Source of the DNA: Gemmatimonadota bacterium
GTDB lineage: Bacteria > Gemmatimonadota > Gemmatimonadetes > Gemmatimonadales > GWC2-71-9
DNA: 41,460 nt
Assembly (NCBI GenBank): GCA_004357415.1
Contig: SMVY01000029.1
Span: 1 to 41,460, forward strand
Direction of reading: 5' to 3'
A model generated the notes under the pieces. It was given only the letters and a program-made list of their open reading frames with translations. It had not been told where the DNA came from and made no database searches. How positions within the stretch are numbered: the first letter of the stretch is position 1; each line of letters begins with the position of its first letter. Below, one piece after another: positions 1-9,056 of this stretch. A program made the translations under genes and the position numbers.

Positions 1-969
1 ACCCACGCCACCCACGCCAATCTCAATAACCTGATCGGCATACCGCTCACCATTCTGCAGACCCCGGCAGACGCGCAGGCGCTGGTACTCGAGGCGGGTG
101 CTTCGGTGCCGGGCGAGATCGCCCGCTCCCGCGAGATCATCGACCCGACGATCGCCGTGATCACCAACGTGGGGGCGTCCCACTTGGAGGGCTTTGGATC
201 GGAGGAGGGTGCCTTGCGCGAGAAGCTCGAACTGGTGCGCGACGTTCCCTTCGCCGTCGTCGGGCCCGACCCGGCCGCACTGGCAACCGGAGCCAAGGCC
301 TTGGCGGGGCGCGTGGTGACCGCCGGCCTGGCCGACACCGACGTCGTTCCCGAATCGATCGAGCTCGGCGCCGACGGACACCCGGTGGTACGGATCGACG
401 GTCTGAGCTTTCGGATCTCCGGGCCAGGGAAGCACCTGGCGGCCAACGCCATGCTGGCGTGGGCTGTCGTCAGGGAGTTGGGGCTCGAGCCGCTGAGCGC
501 TGCTGCTGCGCTGGAAGATGTCCGCTTTCCCGGCGGGCGCGGTGACGTTCGCCGCCAGGCCGGTCTGACCATCATGGACGATTGCTATAATGCCAATCCT
601 GAATCGTTCCGCGCCGTGATCGCCACGGCGGAACGTCTTCGCCAGGGACACCGGCTGGTCTGGGTCGTTGGCACGATGCGGGAACTCGGGGCCTCGGCGA
701 TCGAGTATCATGACGCTATCGCAGCCGAACTGGTGCGCTCCAAGCCGGATCTCCTCGCCGCGGTGGGTGCTTTCGTTCCCGCACTGGAGGCCTATCGCGA
801 GCAACTGGGCGATTCCCTGATCAGCGCCGCCGACGTCGCCGGCTTGGGGGCGGCGCTCGCGCCGCGACTGGAGGCGGGCGATCTGGTAGTGCTCAAGGCA
901 TCCCGCGGGGTTGCGCTCGAAGGTATACTTCCGTACCTGCTGGACCACGATCGATCCCCCGACGGCTGA
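1..969 (+). CDS. murF: UDP-N-acetylmuramoyl-tripeptide--D-alanyl-D-alanine ligase MurF, 5' end outside window
   Basis: Frame 1 is open from nt 1 (THATHANLNNLIGIPLTILQ...), so the track start at 106 is internal. Mur-ligase motifs NLNNxIGxPLT, DDCYNANP, GTMRELG. Stop TGA 967-969. Heads a canonical murF-mraY-murD-ftsW-murG-murC order. Confidence 0.92.
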   Translation, partial: THATHANLNNLIGIPLTILQTPADAQALVLEAGASVPGEIARSREIIDPTIAVITNVGASHLEGFGSEEGALREKLELVRDVPFAVVGPDPAALATGAKALAGRVVTAGLADTDVVPESIELGADGHPVVRIDGLSFRISGPGKHLAANAMLAWAVVRELGLEPLSAAAALEDVRFPGGRGDVRRQAGLTIMDDCYNANPESFRAVIATAERLRQGHRLVWVVGTMRELGASAIEYHDAIAAELVRSKPDLLAAVGAFVPALEAYREQLGDSLISAADVAGLGAALAPRLEAGDLVVLKASRGVALEGILPYLLDHDRSPDG

Positions 970-975
970 GACCCC

Positions 976-2103
976 ATGTTCTATCATTGGCTGGCCCCGC
1001 TCAGCTCCACGCACATAGTATTCAATCTCTTCAACTACATCAGCTTCCGGGCCGGGGGAGCGATGGTTACGGCGTGGCTGCTCGCCTTTCTGGTTGCTCC
1101 CGTCGTCATCAGGCAACTGCGGTCTCGCAAGATCGGGCAGGTCATCCGGGCCGACGGGCCGGCGACTCACCAGGAGAAGCGCGGTACCCCCACCATGGGG
1201 GGCATCATCATCATCGTGGCCACCCTGGCGCCGACGCTGTTGTGGGCTCAAGTGAGCAACCGGTTCGTCCTGGTGGCGATGTTGGCCACGCTGTGGATGG
1301 GGGCGATCGGGTTCCTGGACGACTACCTGAAGGTGGTCCAAGGCAAGTCGCGAGGGTTGGTGGCCAAGTGGAAATTGCTGGGGCAGTCGAGTTTCGGACT
1401 CCTGCTCGGGATCATGTTGCTGGTCTATCCAGTGGTGTCTCCCGATCTCATTCCGGCGAGCGCCACGACCGTGCCGCTGTTCAAGTATGTCGTCGTAGTA
1501 TTCACCCCGGTCACGTTCGTCCTGTTCGTGACGTTCGTGATCACCGGAACGACCAACGCCGTCAATCTGACCGACGGGCTCGACGGGCTGGCCGTGGGGT
1601 TGACGGCCATCGCCGCCGGCGCGTTCGGCGTGTTCGCCTACGTCTATGGCCGGGTGGATGTCACCGAATATCTCAACGTGTTCTACCTCAGCGGGGCCGG
1701 GGAACTGGCGGTGTTCTGTGCCGCGCTTCTGGGCGCGAGCCTGGGATTCCTCTGGTTCAACGCCCATCCAGCCGGCGTGTTCATGGGCGACACCGGTAGC
1801 CTGGCGATCGGTGGCGCCTTGGGCACGGTGGCCATCCTGCTCAAGGCGGAGTTCCTGTTGCTCCTGATCGGCGGCGTGTTCGCCGCGGAAGCGGTCTCGG
1901 TCCTGGTGCAGTCCGGGGTCTACAAGTGGTTCAAGCGCACTCGCGGCCGCGAGTACGCCAACGCCCACCGGGTGTTTCGCATGGCGCCGCTGCACCATCA
2001 CTTCGAAAAGCTGGGCTGGCGCGAGACCACGGTCGTCACCCGTTTCTACATCGTTGGGGTGTTCTGTGCCCTGGTGGCCCTGGCCACGCTGAAGGTGCGC
2101 TAG
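976..2103 (+). CDS. mraY: phospho-N-acetylmuramoyl-pentapeptide transferase MraY
   Basis: 375 aa polytopic membrane protein. Motifs GTPTMGG, NAVNLTDGLDGLA, GDTGSLAIGG, APLHHHFE. ATG at 976, 6 nt after the murF stop. Confidence 0.96.
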   Translation: MFYHWLAPLSSTHIVFNLFNYISFRAGGAMVTAWLLAFLVAPVVIRQLRSRKIGQVIRADGPATHQEKRGTPTMGGIIIIVATLAPTLLWAQVSNRFVLVAMLATLWMGAIGFLDDYLKVVQGKSRGLVAKWKLLGQSSFGLLLGIMLLVYPVVSPDLIPASATTVPLFKYVVVVFTPVTFVLFVTFVITGTTNAVNLTDGLDGLAVGLTAIAAGAFGVFAYVYGRVDVTEYLNVFYLSGAGELAVFCAALLGASLGFLWFNAHPAGVFMGDTGSLAIGGALGTVAILLKAEFLLLLIGGVFAAEAVSVLVQSGVYKWFKRTRGREYANAHRVFRMAPLHHHFEKLGWRETTVVTRFYIVGVFCALVALATLKVR

Positions 2104-3449
2104 TGTTTGCCGAGTGGCGGAAACCCGGGCGCGAAGTCGCCGTCATCGGGTTGGGCCGGAGCGGCATCGCCGTCAGCCGGCTGCTTCGGCGCGGCGGTGT
2201 GGCGGTGTACGCCTCGGACAAGGCGTCGCCGTCCGACGCGGCAGCGATACAAGAGCTGGAGGCCATCGGAGTGGTGGTCGAATTGGGGTCGCACGATCTG
2301 ATCCGCATAGCCGCGGCGACCGCCGTCGTGGTTTCACCAGGCGTCCCCCCGACCGCGGCGGCCATACTGGCGGCCAAGAAGGCTGGCACTCCGGTGTTCG
2401 CCGAGGTCGACGTCGCCGCCCGAGCGCTGGCCGATGGTACGAAGGTGCTCGGGGTTACCGGCACCAACGGCAAGACCACCACCACGGCACTCGTGGCCCA
2501 CCTGCTCGCCGCCGCCGGGCGCCCGTCGGTGGCCGCGGGAAACATCGGGCTCGCCCTCAGTGAAGTGGCGATGGATGATGCCGCCCCCCCGTGGGTAGTG
2601 GTCGAACTGTCGTCGTTTCAGCTTCATGATGCGCCGCACGTTGTTCCCACGGTAGGCGTGCTCCTCAACCTTACGCCCGACCATCTGGATCGGTATGGCT
2701 CGCTGGAGGCATACTACGGCGACAAGGCCAATCTGTTCAGGAACGCTACGCCCGCTTCGATCTGGGTCACCAACGCCGACGACCCGGAGGTCCAAAGGAT
2801 CGCGGCCGCGGTACCTGGGACGCACCTTCGCTTCAGCCTGACGGAGCGGGCGGACGGGTGGTACGACGCCGCCACCCGTCAGTTGATGGTGGGCGACACC
2901 GTGGTGGCCTCCCGGGGCGATCTCCATCTTCTGGGTTCCCACAACGTGGCCAACGCCCTGGCGTCCGTCCTGACGGTTTACGCCGTGGGGGTTTCTCTGG
3001 AGGGTATTGACCGGGGACTGGCGAGTTTCGACCCGTTGCCCCACCGCTTGGAACCGGTAGCCACCGTGGACGGCGTGGTGTGGATCAACGACTCCAAGGC
3101 CACCAACGTGGTATCGACCGCCATGGCGACCGCCGCTCTCGATGCTCCATTCGTGCTCCTGCTTGGCGGGAGACACAAGGGCGCGCCTTACACCAGCCTG
3201 GCGCCAACGCTGCAACACTGCCGCGCCGTCGTCGCCTACGGAGAGGCGGCGCCGATCATCGTCCGTGACCTGACCGGCACGGTTCCGGTTTACCGGGAGA
3301 GCCGCTTCGAAGACGTGTTGACGCGCGCGCGCCATTTGGCGCGGGAAGGTGATGCGGTGCTCCTGTCTCCCGCCTGTTCCAGCTTCGACATGTTTGCCAA
3401 CTACGAAGAACGCGGCGCCACCTTCCGGGAAGCGGTCGGCCGGCTGTGA
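2103..3449 (+). CDS. murD: UDP-N-acetylmuramoylalanine--D-glutamate ligase MurD
   Basis: Motifs VIGLGRSG, GVTGTNGKTTT, DSKATN. The track ORF (1926) extends into mraY. In-frame GTG at 2103 overlaps the mraY TAG by 1 nt and gives VFAEWRKPGREVAVIGLGRSG, about 448 aa. Confidence 0.93.
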   Translation: MFAEWRKPGREVAVIGLGRSGIAVSRLLRRGGVAVYASDKASPSDAAAIQELEAIGVVVELGSHDLIRIAAATAVVVSPGVPPTAAAILAAKKAGTPVFAEVDVAARALADGTKVLGVTGTNGKTTTTALVAHLLAAAGRPSVAAGNIGLALSEVAMDDAAPPWVVVELSSFQLHDAPHVVPTVGVLLNLTPDHLDRYGSLEAYYGDKANLFRNATPASIWVTNADDPEVQRIAAAVPGTHLRFSLTERADGWYDAATRQLMVGDTVVASRGDLHLLGSHNVANALASVLTVYAVGVSLEGIDRGLASFDPLPHRLEPVATVDGVVWINDSKATNVVSTAMATAALDAPFVLLLGGRHKGAPYTSLAPTLQHCRAVVAYGEAAPIIVRDLTGTVPVYRESRFEDVLTRARHLAREGDAVLLSPACSSFDMFANYEERGATFREAVGRL

Positions 3450-4579
3450 CCATCAAACGGCAGATTGCCGATAGCGACCTGCGCTGGGAAACCCGCCTGC
3501 TGCTGACCGTTACCGCCATCCTGGTAGCCTTTGGCATAGCCAACACCTACAGTGCGTCGAGCTTCATCGCTCCCGGCGAAACCGGTGTCGGGTTTGCGGC
3601 CCGGCAGCTTACCGGCGCGCTCGTGGGTGGCCTGCTTCTCAGCATCGTAGCCCGGGTTGATTATCACCTGTGGCAGCGATTCGCCTGGCCGTTGTTGGCG
3701 CTGACCGTCGGCGCGCTGGTCATCCCGCTCCTGCCGTTCACCTACTCGATCGCGCCGGTGATCAACGGCGCCCGCCGGTGGGTGGACATAGGGCCCATCA
3801 ACTTCCAGCCGTCCGAGGTCGCCAAGCTGAGCGTGGTGGTCTGGTGTGCCATGCTCGCGGTCAAGAAGGGCGACCAGGTCCGGAAGTTCAAGAAGGGGGT
3901 CATGCCGTTTCTGGTGGTCATCGGCCTGGTGTCGGCACTCATTCTGTTCGAACCGAACCTGTCCATGGCCGCGATAGTGGCACTGCTGGGCGGGATCGTC
4001 CTGTTTGCCGCCGGCGCCAAGATCGGCCACTTCGTTCTCCTCGGTGTGGCCGGGGTGTTGGTGCTGATCCAGCAGATCGGCAGCGCCGACTACCGCCTGG
4101 CCCGGGCACTGACCTTCCTCAATCCGGAGCAGGCATCGGCCGGGGCCATGTACCAGGTCAAGCAGTCCCTCATGGGGCTCGGATCGGGCGGGATCTTCGG
4201 CGTCGGTTTCGGACAAGGACACCAGAAACTCGGCTACCTCCCGTTCGCCTATTCCGATTTCCTGTTCAGCTCGATCGGGGAGGAGTGGGGCTTCCTCGGG
4301 ATCGTGGTCGTCGTCGGACTGTATGGCACCTACCTGTGGCTCGGCTTTCGCATTGCCCGGACCGCCAAGGACAAGTTCGGCACCCTGCTGGCGGCAGGAC
4401 TCACCGCGGCCGTCGGCATCACCGCCGTGCTCCACATGGGGGTGACCCTGGCAGTGCTGCCGACCACCGGGCTCCCTCTCCCGTTCATGTCCTACGGGCG
4501 GACCAGCCTCGTCATCACCCTCGCGGCTACCGGCATCGTGGTCAACATCGGCAGGCAACGCCGGAAGGCCCGCGCGTGA
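3446..4579 (+). CDS. ftsW: SEDS-family peptidoglycan polymerase / lipid II flippase FtsW
   Basis: 377 aa, about 10 hydrophobic segments. SEDS motifs QPSEVAKL, PFAYSDFLFSSIGEEWGFLG, LPLPFMSYGRTS. GTGA overlap with the murD stop. Position between murD and murG. Confidence 0.92.
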   Translation: MTIKRQIADSDLRWETRLLLTVTAILVAFGIANTYSASSFIAPGETGVGFAARQLTGALVGGLLLSIVARVDYHLWQRFAWPLLALTVGALVIPLLPFTYSIAPVINGARRWVDIGPINFQPSEVAKLSVVVWCAMLAVKKGDQVRKFKKGVMPFLVVIGLVSALILFEPNLSMAAIVALLGGIVLFAAGAKIGHFVLLGVAGVLVLIQQIGSADYRLARALTFLNPEQASAGAMYQVKQSLMGLGSGGIFGVGFGQGHQKLGYLPFAYSDFLFSSIGEEWGFLGIVVVVGLYGTYLWLGFRIARTAKDKFGTLLAAGLTAAVGITAVLHMGVTLAVLPTTGLPLPFMSYGRTSLVITLAATGIVVNIGRQRRKARA

Positions 4580-4586
4580 GCCGGTC

Positions 4587-5678
4587 GTGAGTCGCGTGTT
4601 GTTTGTCGCCGGGGGTGGAACTGGTGGGCATCTCATGCCGGCCCTGGCCTTGGCGGCGGCGGTACGGCAGCTCGATCCCAGTGTCGAACCGGTGCTGATT
4701 GGAGCTCGCAGAGGTGTCGAACGGGATATCCTCCCCACCAAGGAATTCCGTCACTTCCTCCTCCCGAGCGAGCCGCTGTACCGCCGCCAGTGGTGGCGCA
4801 ATGCCCGCTGGCCGGTTACCGCCATCCAGCTGTGGCGCCAGTTGGGCGCGTTGTTCGAGCGGGAACGCCCGGTGGCGGTTCTGGGGACCGGCGGATATGC
4901 CTCCGCACCCGTGGTGTGGTACGCCGGCCGCTGTGGGGTGCCTACGGCGCTCCAGGAGCAGAATGCGATCCCCGGCATGACCACGCGCTGGTTCAGCCGT
5001 CAGGCACGACACATTTACCTGGGATTGCCCGAGGCGAGGGCCTATCTGCGGCTGGGCCCCGAGACGATGGTGTTCGACACCGGTAACCCGGTCTCGCCGC
5101 CGGATTTCACCATCCGGGACGCCGCCAGGGTACGATTCGGCATCGATGGCGCCACCCCGACCGTGCTGGTCACGGGCGGGAGCCAGGGGGCCTTGGCCAT
5201 CAACCGGACGGTGGCCGAATGGCTCGACGGTGGCGGTGGCCAAGGCATGAATCTGCTTTGGGTTACGGGGCGGGGGACGTACCGGCAATTCGCGGCCCGG
5301 CACCGTCCGCCCAGGGTCCAGGTGTTCGATTTCCTGGACCCGCTGGCTGAGGCCTATTCGGTGGCCAATGTAGTGGTGTCGCGGGCTGGCGCGGTCACCG
5401 TGGCCGAACTCTGCGCCTGGGGGCTGCCCAGTATTCTAGTGCCGTTGCCCAGTGCCGCGGGCGATCACCAGACGCGGAACGCGGAGGCGATGGCACGAGC
5501 CGGAGCAGCCTGGTTCCTTCCCCAGAGGGAACTGACGGCGGACCGATTCGGCAGCAGACTGATGTCCCTGGTCAACGATGCAGAGGTTCGTATCGAAATG
5601 TCCGTAGCCGCCAACCAACGGGGTAGGCCTCATGCCAGTTCAGACATCGCCCGGCACGTTTTAGCGTTGCTCGGGTGA
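4587..5678 (+). CDS. murG: undecaprenyldiphospho-muramoylpentapeptide beta-N-acetylglucosaminyltransferase MurG
   Basis: Motifs GGGTGGHLMPALALA, TGGSQGA, AGDHQTRNA. GTG start at 4587. Confidence 0.95.
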   Translation: MSRVLFVAGGGTGGHLMPALALAAAVRQLDPSVEPVLIGARRGVERDILPTKEFRHFLLPSEPLYRRQWWRNARWPVTAIQLWRQLGALFERERPVAVLGTGGYASAPVVWYAGRCGVPTALQEQNAIPGMTTRWFSRQARHIYLGLPEARAYLRLGPETMVFDTGNPVSPPDFTIRDAARVRFGIDGATPTVLVTGGSQGALAINRTVAEWLDGGGGQGMNLLWVTGRGTYRQFAARHRPPRVQVFDFLDPLAEAYSVANVVVSRAGAVTVAELCAWGLPSILVPLPSAAGDHQTRNAEAMARAGAAWFLPQRELTADRFGSRLMSLVNDAEVRIEMSVAANQRGRPHASSDIARHVLALLG

Positions 5679-5739
5679 CCTCAGGCTTTCACAACTCCTG
5701 AATTCATATTACATTAGCGCATCTCCACAGTTTGAAAAC
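5679..5739 (+). promoter_or_regulatory. AT-rich murG-murC spacer with candidate internal dcw promoter
   Basis: The only gap over 30 nt inside the dcw cluster. Contains TTCACA (5688-5693), a 16-nt spacer, then TACATT (5710-5715), plus the palindrome TGAATTCA (5699-5706). No experimental support. Confidence 0.25.
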
Positions 5740-7110
5740 ATGGACCTGTTCGACCCCTCGGACGCCAGGCACGTGCACTTCATGGGGGTGGCTGGAGCCG
5801 GGATGAGTGCCCTGGCGCTGGTGGCCCGGAGTCGGGGTGTGTCCGTGAGCGGATGCGATCTCGATCCATCCGGGGCTCCGGACCTGGCGGCGGTTGGGGT
5901 CGATGTGGTGGCAGGCCACGACGTGTCGCATCTGGAGGGAGCGCGTGCCGTCATTGTGTCGGCGGCGGTTCCCGAGTCCAATGCCGAGTTGCAGTATGCC
6001 CGCAAGGCCGGAATCAACGTGGTGCCACGTAAACGGGCGCTGGCGGAGTTGGTGGCGCCCGGCCGGGTGATCGGGATCGCGGGCACCCACGGCAAGACGA
6101 CCACGACCGTGATGACGTGCCAGATGCTGACCGCGGCGGGGCTGGCGCCGACCGGTATCGCCGGGGGCCGAGTCGCCCAGTGGGGTGGCAACGCCTGGGT
6201 CGGGGGCGAGGATCTGTTCGTGGTCGAGGCGGATGAGTTCGACGGGGCGTTCCTGGAGCTGAACCCGTGGTTGGCTGTGGTCACCAACGTGGAGCCCGAG
6301 CACCTGGAATCCTACGGTTCGGTGGCCGCGATGGAGGCCGCCTTCACCTCGTTTCTCAGGTGTGCGGACATCGTCGTTGTTCCAGCGAAAGATGATGCGG
6401 TACAACGTGTTAGTGCTGGTGTAGTAAACCAAATTGTGACCTTCGGCGTGGGCGCCGGCGACATCAAGGTGACCGATGTGGCCCAGGCACCCGATCACAC
6501 GTTGTGTGCCGTGTCGCTGCCCGACGGCGAGGAGATCGAGGTGCGGCTTCGGGTCCCAGGCCTCTACAATGTGCTCAATGCGGCGGCGGCGATCGCGGTG
6601 GTCTGGAGGATGGGCGTTCTTCTGGCGCCGGCGATCGAGGGTCTCGAGGCGTTCACCGGCGTTGGCCGCCGGTTCGAGCGGCTGGGTGAGGCCAAGGGTA
6701 TCGAGTTCGTCGACGATTACGCCCATCACCCCTCGGAGATTCGGGCGGTGCTCGGCGCGGCGAGACAGGTATTTCCCGACCGGCGCCTGGTGGTGGTGTT
6801 TCAGCCGCATCTCTATTCCCGAACGGAGCGGGAAGGTGCGGCCATGGGGCGGGCCTTGGCACAGGCCGATCTGGTGGTGGTAACCGACGTGTACGCCGCC
6901 CGGGAGGAGCCGATTCCTGGCGTCACGGGAGAGGGTGTGGCCGACGCGGCCCGGGCCGGTGGAGTGGAGACATGGTATCAGCCGGACGGTGAGGCGCTGC
7001 AGGAGCAGCTGAGCCAGCTTTTGAAGCCAGGGGATGCCCTGTTCACATTGGGCGCGGGTAACGTCACCCACGTCGGGCGGGCGTTGGTCGAGTGGCTGCG
7101 GTCCGCCTGA
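5740..7110 (+). CDS. murC: UDP-N-acetylmuramate--L-alanine ligase MurC
   Basis: Motifs HFMGVAGAGMSALA, GIAGTHGKTTTT, DDYAHHPSE. 456 aa. Confidence 0.96.
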   Translation: MDLFDPSDARHVHFMGVAGAGMSALALVARSRGVSVSGCDLDPSGAPDLAAVGVDVVAGHDVSHLEGARAVIVSAAVPESNAELQYARKAGINVVPRKRALAELVAPGRVIGIAGTHGKTTTTVMTCQMLTAAGLAPTGIAGGRVAQWGGNAWVGGEDLFVVEADEFDGAFLELNPWLAVVTNVEPEHLESYGSVAAMEAAFTSFLRCADIVVVPAKDDAVQRVSAGVVNQIVTFGVGAGDIKVTDVAQAPDHTLCAVSLPDGEEIEVRLRVPGLYNVLNAAAAIAVVWRMGVLLAPAIEGLEAFTGVGRRFERLGEAKGIEFVDDYAHHPSEIRAVLGAARQVFPDRRLVVVFQPHLYSRTEREGAAMGRALAQADLVVVTDVYAAREEPIPGVTGEGVADAARAGGVETWYQPDGEALQEQLSQLLKPGDALFTLGAGNVTHVGRALVEWLRSA

Positions 7111-7781
7111 GTCGAACCTGGTGGTTGCTCGGCGGGGTGGCCGGCGTACTGGGTCTGTGGCTGCTGGCCCCGTGGGTGTTGCGCCAGGTCGATTTCTTCC
7201 GGCTCAGGCGGATAGAGGTCGTGGGTGTTCGCTATCTTCCGGCGGATGACATTCTCGAAGCGTTTGCTGCCGCGGATTCGGCGAACCTGTTCGACGACTG
7301 GAATGAGAATCGGGATGGGATCCTGGGTGTGGCCGGGGTCAGGAGCGCTAGGGTGGACCGGCGTCTCCCAGGCACACTCCGGTTGATAATAGTGGAAACG
7401 ACGCCGGTGGCCCTTAGTCCAGGATCTGACAGGATGGCGCTCATCGACGCCGATGGCGTGGTGTTGCCGTACGATCCCAGCCGATCGGCGCCTGATCTCC
7501 CGGTGATGCTGGTTGCTGATCCGGAGACGGCCCAACTGTTGGCCCGGATTCGGATGGTGGCGCCGGGGTTGTACGGTCGTATTTCCACCGCACGACGGGT
7601 AGAGGACGACGTCTTGCTCACATTCAATCGCAAACGACTGTGGCTCAGCCCAGGATCTTCGTCATCGGCTATCCGCGCCGTCGTGGCCGTGGAGCGCGAT
7701 CTGATACGGCGCAGCAAGCCGTTCGTAGAACTCGACGGCCGGTTCGCCGATCAGGTTGTCGTTCGCCAGAGGCCCACGTGA
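7092..7781 (+). CDS. ftsQ: cell division protein FtsQ (POTRA domain)
   Basis: 229 aa with an N-terminal TM (WWLLGGVAGVLGLWLLAPWVL) followed by a POTRA-like RLRRIEVVGVRYL. GTG start overlaps the murC end by 19 nt. Position upstream of ftsA. Confidence 0.85.
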   Translation: MAAVRLSRTWWLLGGVAGVLGLWLLAPWVLRQVDFFRLRRIEVVGVRYLPADDILEAFAAADSANLFDDWNENRDGILGVAGVRSARVDRRLPGTLRLIIVETTPVALSPGSDRMALIDADGVVLPYDPSRSAPDLPVMLVADPETAQLLARIRMVAPGLYGRISTARRVEDDVLLTFNRKRLWLSPGSSSSAIRAVVAVERDLIRRSKPFVELDGRFADQVVVRQRPT

Positions 7782-9031
7782 CCTCATCGCCGCCCCGTCT
7801 CGTTGCCGGCCTAGACCTCGGATCGACCAAGGTCGTTGCCGTCATCGCCGACGCGGCGGGTGATGCCCGCGACAGTTACGCCCGCATTCTGGGTGTGGGG
7901 ATGGCCAGCAACTCGGGTCTGCGCCGCGGCGTTGTGCGGGACATCGAAGAGACCACGCGCGCCATCGCCAAGGCCATGAAGGATGCCGAGCGCATGGCCG
8001 GCGTCGAAGTCGAGCAGGTGTACGCCGGCGTGGCCGGGGAGCATGTCGCCGGCCGGACGTCCCATGGTGTGGTCTCGGTCACGGGCGACGAAATCCGAAC
8101 CGGTGACGTGGCCCGGGTGAACGATGTGGCGTCAAACATCTCGTTTGGGAGGGATCACGAGTTGTTGCACGCCATTCCGCTCGACTACCTCATCGACCAG
8201 CAGGCCGGAATCAGCGACCCCATCGGCATGACCGGCTCCCGTCTCGAAGCGGAGGTCTACCTGGTGACCGTCCTCTCGAGCGTGCTGCAGAATCTGGGGA
8301 AGTGCGTCGAGCGGGCGGGCTATCACGTTGGGGAGTTCGTGTTGGAGCCGTTGGCGGCGTCCCGCGCGGTTCTCACGCTCGACGAGCGCGATCTCGGCTG
8401 TGCCCTGATCGACCTCGGGGGTGGCTCCACCAATGTTTCGATCTTCTCGGGGGGGAAGATCCGCCATACCGGTTCGCTGCTGTGCGCCGGCGGTCACGTA
8501 ACCAGCGACATCGTTCACGGCCTGCAGGTTACCCAGCTTGACGCCGAACGCCTCAAGCAGCGGTACGGCGCGGCGTTCGAGCCGATAATCGCCGAGGACG
8601 AAGTGCTGGAGCTGCCCAGCACCCCGGGGCAGGGGCCCCGGACGGCCGAGCGGAGAGTGCTCGCCCACATCATGCAGGCGCGGCTGCAGGAGATTCTAGA
8701 ATTCGCCGCCAACGAGATCGCCCGTGCCGGGTACCAGGAGCGGTTGCCCGCCGGCGTGGTTCTCACGGGCGGCGGTGCCCTGACGCCGGGTATGGTCGAG
8801 TTGGGGCGGGAGGTGTTCGCCATGCCGGTCCGGATCGGCAGCCCGGGGGAGCAACTGTCGGGGTTGGCCGACAGCGTGGAATCCTCGCGGATGACTGTGG
8901 CTGCGGGACTTGTCTTGCATGGCGCCTACGAGGTAGCGTTGAGCAACTTTGCCGGAGTGGGTGGTCGCCGGTCGCCGGCGGTGGAGAAGCTGTTGGGACC
9001 GGTCAAACGGTGGCTCCAGGATTTTTTCTGA
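7778..9031 (+). CDS. ftsA: cell division protein FtsA
   Basis: Actin-fold motifs VAGLDLGSTKVVAVI and DLGGGSTNVSIF, with a C-terminal amphipathic tail KLLGPVKRWLQDFF. The track start (7640) lies inside ftsQ. In-frame GTG at 7778 forms a GTGA overlap with the ftsQ stop. Confidence 0.93.
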   Translation: MTSSPPRLVAGLDLGSTKVVAVIADAAGDARDSYARILGVGMASNSGLRRGVVRDIEETTRAIAKAMKDAERMAGVEVEQVYAGVAGEHVAGRTSHGVVSVTGDEIRTGDVARVNDVASNISFGRDHELLHAIPLDYLIDQQAGISDPIGMTGSRLEAEVYLVTVLSSVLQNLGKCVERAGYHVGEFVLEPLAASRAVLTLDERDLGCALIDLGGGSTNVSIFSGGKIRHTGSLLCAGGHVTSDIVHGLQVTQLDAERLKQRYGAAFEPIIAEDEVLELPSTPGQGPRTAERRVLAHIMQARLQEILEFAANEIARAGYQERLPAGVVLTGGGALTPGMVELGREVFAMPVRIGSPGEQLSGLADSVESSRMTVAAGLVLHGAYEVALSNFAGVGGRRSPAVEKLLGPVKRWLQDFF

Positions 9032-9056
9032 TCGTTCGGGCCAGAGAGGATTGATT

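Noticed and set aside
1926-2102. 5' extensions in the ORF track: murD from 1926, ftsA from 7640, ftsZ from 8949, deoB from 20978, cdd from 22362, argS from 35708, and the small minus-strand gene from 16851.
   Set aside because: The extensions run through the preceding, well-supported gene. In each case an in-frame GTG/ATG at the stop-overlap junction gives a normal-length protein with a conserved N-terminus.
3401-4741. 446-aa minus-strand ORF antisense to ftsW/murG. The same pattern recurs at 5704-7071, 9003-10217, 13139-14275, 17847-19190, 25119-26603 and 35585-37288.
   Set aside because: Each lies exactly antisense to a motif-rich housekeeping gene. The translations are Arg/Gly/Pro/His-rich low-complexity sequence with no recognisable motifs. 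These are typical shadow ORFs of high-G+C DNA.
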